From Haliotis rubra (taxonomy: Eukaryota), in contig NW_025765214.1 of the NCBI RefSeq assembly GCF_003918875.1, positions 1,550,001 to 1,614,000 of the forward strand: a stretch of DNA of 64,000 nt. Direction: 5' to 3'. Position 1 is the stretch's first letter; every line of letters starts with the position of its first letter. The notes beneath the pieces are model-generated. The model was not told the DNA's origin, made no database searches, and saw only the letters and a list, made by a program, of their open reading frames with translations. Positions 53,803 through 64,000 of this stretch are shown here, piece by piece. Made by a program: the position numbers and the translations under genes.

Positions 53803-55630
53803 CATATCAAGGCAGGTGACACAAGGGATGGGCTTCACACGTGCCAGGGTCGCCCTGTGTGACGTCACACGGAGATGACGTACACGATTCTGACGCGCAA
53901 CTTCTTACGTAAAGCCGGCGTTGATGTCATGTACTGGTTTTTCCGTTCGCTGAGATTTGGAATGATTTGGTTTGGTTTGTTGGTTTACGCTGCACTCATC
54001 AATATTCCATCTACATTCCCTCTGTAAATAATCGAGTCTGGACCAGACAATCCAGTGATCAACAGCATGTGCATCAATCTAGGCATTTGTCAACCAAGTC
54101 AGCGAGCCAGACCACCCGATCCCGTTAGTCGCCTCTTACGACAAGCATGGGTGAGTGAGTTACTGAAGACAATTCTAACCCGGATCTTCAAGGGTCGATT
54201 TGGAATGAGTTGGGAAGACGAGTGCGAATAGATCACGGAACGTCATACCCAGCTAATTTAACACAGCACACACTGTGTCAAGTTAATATTTTGGTTGAGT
54301 ATAGTAAAGGTACCAGGTGTTCACGAACATCTCTTATACTCAATATCTGCAATAGATTGACAAATACGAACAATACTGTTGAAATATGAAATATAACCCT
54401 GAAAGAACAAATGATTGAGGTAAGTGTTGGTCAAAATACAATTGAAAACTTTCGAACTTGCTTGTTAACCATTGTTGTCGACAGATAGTTTATTAATGTT
54501 TCATCTCAATACAATGAGTCAATTTATACATAAATATAACATAAGTAGTAGTGGTCTTCCGATTAATTGAAATAATCGAAGATTGGTCGAAGTGACCAAA
54601 CGGCCAAGCAATCGATCACATTTTCTCATAATCGAACACAAACGATTTTGGAACTGCTGTTTTAGTGTTTGAAACACTTGACGATGGAACATATCTTCGA
54701 AGTTGTCAGGGCCTGAAAACTTGCTTAATTCTTAGAAAACTCACTTCCCTAACTGAAAAGTCATGACTGAATATTTCTTGAAGACTCCAGAAAGTTTATG
54801 TTCATGATATAGTACTCATCACTTTAAAGTAGCACGTTGCATCATGTTATATGTATCTGCAATAACAACCTTGGTAGGAAAATCTGAAAAATGACGCTAA
54901 CCAATTTTTTTCGATGATTGTTCGTTGGTAATGAAGCAATCATCAATTGTGAGATTTCAACCAATTCCCAATACTAATAAGTAGGGTCACTCTATATTAA
55001 GTTGTATGTGTTATACTTTGGAGAATCGTCTTTACGCCTTGTTCATAGGGTAATATAGAACATAAACAAGACATAGACAATACTTTATAACCTTAAAAGG
55101 AATTCGTTTTGGATCACAGAGGTTGACAAAAATACAAATGAATAAGAACACAAAATATGAAATTACTAAAAACATAAAAAGAGATGAAAATGTGCTTAAA
55201 AATGATTAAATGAATAAGATGATTTTAACTGGACATTCAACATTTGTTTAAAATTGCAATACTTTGAGGTATAAAAGGCTTTTCTCCGCCGTTCATGTGG
55301 TCATATTCCACAGAAGGAAGGTAAGACCACAGACTCTCCGTCCTCGCCGGTTCGTAATATAGAACGCCGTTCTTGTGGTCATATTCCACAGAAGGAAGGT
55401 AGGACCACCGGCTTTTCCTCCTCCTGGGTTCATGGTATTTCTACTATTTCTCTTTGTATCAGGTCGGGTATTTGAAGTCACGGCCCAGTCATTCCCTCAC
55501 CGCTATTTCATGGTGATCGAGCATCACTTCACTTTATTCAGAATTGAAGGCCATGTGGCCAAGAGTACAACAGGTAATACAACATTGTCATGGTGTGTAG
55601 AGTTGAAATATAATTCATAATACAATTATT

Positions 55631-57945
55631 TTAACGTAGGTTTTGCTTCAGGAATATACATATTCCTTTAAGAACAGTGACACTGTGTATCTTCATAAGG
55701 GCTCGGAATTTGACAATTGAAGGTGGGCTGTAGAAATAGGCTGGAATACATTGGGATCTGCATCGGTTATAAAATGGACATATTAGCAACAAGTGATATT
55801 CGTCTTCAAGCACGTTTAAAGTACATTTGTTACAAACTAATTCTTTATATGGGACAATTATCTTTGAAAAACGTTGTTTTTGTATATTCAAGTTATGTGA
55901 TTGGCATCGGAATTTGATCAACATTCGCATAAGATCTTTGTTTAATGCGCCACAGGAAATATACAGTTCAGGTTCAAGAAGTGACTTAAATGTACTATAA
56001 TTTACAAGAAATGATGAGTTTCTTATTTTACTATTCCAGTGTTGTATATTAATATCTATACAGCGTTGTTTGAACTCAAACATGAAGTGATTTACATCGC
56101 CACAATCTTGGGCTAACCAGACATAGGAGAAACCTGTAGTAAATAGAAGCATTCGAACATGTGAAACCCAGTTTGTGCCTCCGTTATCATCATAGGCTTT
56201 CATCATCTTATAACAGGCATTCGGGTATCTATTTTGGTCCATACGAATAATTCGGCACCAATATTTAATACACCTTGAATGGTAATGTACACACAAGTTA
56301 TATCTGCCAATTTCTCCAAGTACAGCACATGATGCAGTTTTTTTACTGAGTAACAGAAATCTTTTATAGTACTCACTATGAACCTTTTCAATACACGTTC
56401 TATAAGTATAGCCCCAAATTTCACTTCCATAGGTTAGAATTGGTAGTATCTTACTGACAAATATATTATTAGCAATAGTTAAAGACATACTTTGATACTT
56501 GGTGAACAGTTGAAACAGAGGGAAACATGCACGTCTGGCTTGTAAAGATAGCGTTTCACATGCTATGGACCAAACTAAACGAGATGAAAATACAATTCCT
56601 AAGTATTTATAATAAGGGGTGTCCTCTACAGGTAGACCTTTAAAAAACCATTTTTCATTTCTCTTAACGCGTCCTCCGTTTCGAAAAACAACCACCTTAG
56701 ATTTATCCAGATTTACTTCAAAGCCCCACGTGTTACAAAAATCTTCAAGAATGTCTAATTTTCTTTGTAAATCAACAATGCTATCTCCTAGTAGTGCAAC
56801 GTCATCCGCGAACAGTAATATCTTAATAGCTTCTATGTATTCATTTACATAAATTCCACGAGTATTGCCATGATGGAGATCGTCTGCAAGTTTATTGATG
56901 AATAGGATGAAAAGTAGCGGACTGAGCATGCAGCCCTGACGAACACCATTATTGGTTGAAAAGAAATCTGTTCTAGATTTACCAGAACGAACGGAGGCAC
57001 ATACATTTGAGTACATGTTCTCAATGATTTTATACATCTTGCCGTGTACACCCTTTTCAAGTAGAATATATAACATTTTTTTTCTATCAATAAGATCGAA
57101 GGCCTTGCGGAAATCGATGAAAGCTACATAAAAACGATGTTTTGCTTTACGCAGGTACTTATGAACTAAAGAATGGAGTGAGAACATATTATCTATGGTA
57201 GAATAATCATTTCTAAAGCCTCCTTGCCCTTCATTAAGTAAAGCATTAAACTCGGCCCAGCTACGCAGTCTTTTTTTCAAGAACATAAGTGAAAATTTTA
57301 CCAATGACACTTAACATGGATATTCCCCGATAGTTGTTGGGATCAGACATATTTCCTTGTTTATAGATAGGTACCAGTAAACCAACATTCCAAGCAGAGG
57401 GAAATACTCCTGAATCTAAAATGACATTAAACAATGCATAGAAATGATCAGTAAGGGAAGGTGCATTCTTCATGAATTCTGGCGGAAGGCCATCTATTCC
57501 TGGTGACTTGCCCGATTTAATATCAGAGATCGCTTTAATAATTTCCGCATGTCTGATGGTATCTGATAACATATCAATGTTCAAGCATTTTTCACATGGA
57601 AAACTATCACGATTTTCAAGAAAATGTGCAACATCGTGATCAAATTCAGTTTGACTATCAGAAGGATTTAAAAGATCTTTAAAGTATACAGACCATTCAC
57701 TTGGTGTTATATCATTTTCATCACGTTTACTAGCAAGGAGACGTTTCAATTGTTTCCAAAAGTTTCTGCAGTCTTTATTATTTACAGCTATTGACAAGTT
57801 ATTTAAAGCTTCGGCAATGAATGTTTCCTTTTTTTCATTACAGATGCGCCGGAACATACGTTTGGCCTCCAAGTATTGATTGATATTGACTCTGTTTCTG
57901 TTCATACGTAGCTTTTCTAAAGTGCTATACTTTTTACGTATTAAT
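55631..57945 (-). mobile_element. 5'-truncated non-LTR retrotransposon (LINE, CR1/L2-group-like) ORF2: RT domain plus C-terminal Cys/His motif
   Basis: ORFs 57261-57905 and 55631-57310 join across a 1-nt shift in a T7 run (57271-57277). Motifs: KSPGIDG, NYRGIS, QGGFR, FIDFRKAFD, GVRQGCMLSPLLF, LFADD, YKYLG and CxxC..EDEYHLLLICP. No endonuclease domain is visible. Confidence 0.93.
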
Positions 57946-60042
57946 GATCACTGATATCAGGTTTTCATGAAATCACTAATGATAATTCTGAAAATACACT
58001 TACACGAACGCCGAAGTGCGCTTTCCGTCATATTGGAGGCCGGTATTGAGACATCACGCATATATCACATTCACCTGCGACAAATGCATCACTGAATTCC
58101 CCATACATTTTAGAATCAAATTACAAATGGTCTTTGTCACCAATATCAACTGTCTGGGTGTGAAAAGTCCAAACGAACGCTGTGTTCGAAAGGCTGCGCT
58201 TGTAAAGAAAGAAAAATTCCGATTTTACACTACGTAGCATTTTCTGAAATTTTCCGACATGCAGCCGTCTATTCATTGCTTGCAATGGCCCAATAGCTTT
58301 AGAATATGCATGGAAAGAGTATCGTAGCAAGAAATGGGAAATTAAAAACAGATACAATGCAATCATTTGATATTTCATAAGAAATTGTCGAAGTTTCCGT
58401 GCAGCGTGACTCCATGACTGACGCAAAATCACGCAGAAATCATTTACGTTAATTTGATGCCAAACAGGTGCGCGTGTTGCTCACAATAAGATACACAGTC
58501 AAACCGTCTAATTGTTGATATATTCAGGACACTATTTAAATGGAAAAATCAGTCATTTTATGTTTTGTCTAAAGAGTGTTAAATTCTGACGTAGAAGCCG
58601 AGACCTTTCATACAATAAATGGAATTTAGGTAAGATATATACTAATCAGCAAAACCAATGTCGTCTTTTTCCGACTTCGCAAAATGCATATAACAAGCAA
58701 TGACGTCAACTAAAATGTAGTATTATTATCAGTAATTTCATTACATTTGAAGATATGGCTAGTACTCCATTAATAATGATGCAAAAGTAGTCAAAATACA
58801 TCTACATGAGAATACGGGAATCTAAGAACTAACTTACATATCGGATAGGGCCATCCAAATCGCTATTCTGCCATCTCAAGTAGTACATTGCCATCTTTTC
58901 TTATAAATTGTGAAACTACCAAAACGTATCCGCTCACATTGGGGAAATCTGTAATGGAATAGGTTGGTTCACCGTGAACACAACATAACGAAAATATAGC
59001 GTAAGTATCCACAACAACTTTTCTCCAATTGATCTGAGTTACGTTGACCTAGTGTTAAGCATAACGGAGTTATGCCCCCTTATCTTTTATACGTGTATGA
59101 CCTCTCTGTCGTCAGTTGACGTCATAGAAGAAAATCCATTTTTGACACTTATTGCGAGTCATTTTTAATGTTGAGCGTCTAACGTTATGCATTAGCACAT
59201 AAACCCAATTCATATACACTTATGTCGTTCAGATATCAGGCTGTATTTTCTTCACTCACACTTTCTGTAAAGATGCCAAATTAAAAATATCGTAGCAGAA
59301 ATCGGTGCACGAAATTCAATACATCTGAGTAGTAATTATCCGATTTGAACATTTGAAAACATACACCAAATAACGCTGTGAATCGTGATTTCGTAATGTG
59401 TCAAATATGGCGACATTTATGGTGAAGCCAATTTTGAAAGTCCATGTTATTTCTCCATCAGGATCCATCGGTAAAGTTGGGTTTTCTTTGGCTTTCCATG
59501 ATGTACCGCGAAGTTGTTTCGCGCCTTTTACCGGTGGTTTAAAAACGTTCGAAAATCTAAAAATAGCACACTGCGCCTTGACGTAAATCCGTTAAGCCGG
59601 GCGTAGTAACGCCTAGGCTTAACCGACGTTGTGCATGACGTGTAAGAGGAGGGCGCTGCTAAGCCCGACGTAGTGTGTTACGCCTGACGTGAGCTACGCC
59701 CAACATGTGCATACGGCCACAGTGCCGCCATTACAAGGTACGCCTGGCTTACGCCTGCTGGGTAGGTGGCGTAAAGATAGAGCGCTACGACTGGCGTAAC
59801 TTTAACTACGTCTAATATAATATGTGCATACCGGTTTAACGTTACGTCCGGGCGGACATTTTACTTACGCCCGGACTTGCATACGGCCACAGATGTCCGA
59901 ATAGGTGAATTAAAATTCATTCCCGCAATTCTATCCGATTAGGCCATGAAACCGATCCGATCAGGTTTTGTGAGGGAACCTTCATCAATACAGAACTATC
60001 TGGGAAGCGTGTATAGCAAAAAGCGTGATATCTTGGAAACCA

Positions 60043-63651
<3,609 letters not shown>

Positions 63652-64000
63652 TGACATTACCTCAGCAGAGGTTTACCTTGACATGGAACCTTGCTGAGAA
63701 ACAATATTCAGCCGCAAGTTGTCAACTGAACTTCAAGAGGGAAGAAATATTTCATAATGTTTGCATATCAATGATTAGAGTCTGTCAGTATTTCTACTTA
63801 CATCCTATCCATCTTATCATTGTGAATAAACACTTATTACTTAGATCCATCCTGGAAATGTTAAACTGTAATTCTTCAAATGAATGAAATTTTTTTCGTG
63901 TTTGTGAAATTCTCGAAACAGTGAGTGAGTGAGTATGGTTTTACGCCGCTTTTAGCAATATTCAAGCAATATCCCGGCGGGGCACCAGAAATGGGCTTCA

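Overview
Intron-rich, AT-rich animal genomic DNA. The SINE/MITE content and (CACT)n tails suggest a mollusc such as abalone, but that is inference. Five spliced housekeeping genes were reconstructed by hand from GT-AG boundaries: CARM1/PRMT4 (-, runs off the left edge), EXOSC3/Rrp40 (+), ISCA1 (-, with a 1-nt frameshift in exon 3), RTCA (+) and TDH (+, runs off the right edge). CARM1/EXOSC3 and ISCA1/RTCA are head-to-head pairs. There is also a 5'-truncated LINE reverse transcriptase, several SINE families sharing a 3' tail, hAT/MULE-like MITEs and a Helentron-associated (HINE-like) element. Most ORFs in the supplied track are spurious. The most unusual signal is that tandem duplications repeatedly sit exactly on exon-intron junctions and multiply real splice sites. 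The best case is about 37 copies of a 58-bp unit carrying the RTCA exon 7 acceptor, 30 in-frame nt and a candidate donor. Related cases occur at CARM1 exons 4 and 11, ISCA1 exon 3 and RTCA exons 3 and 9, and two further minisatellites abut acceptors in RTCA and TDH.
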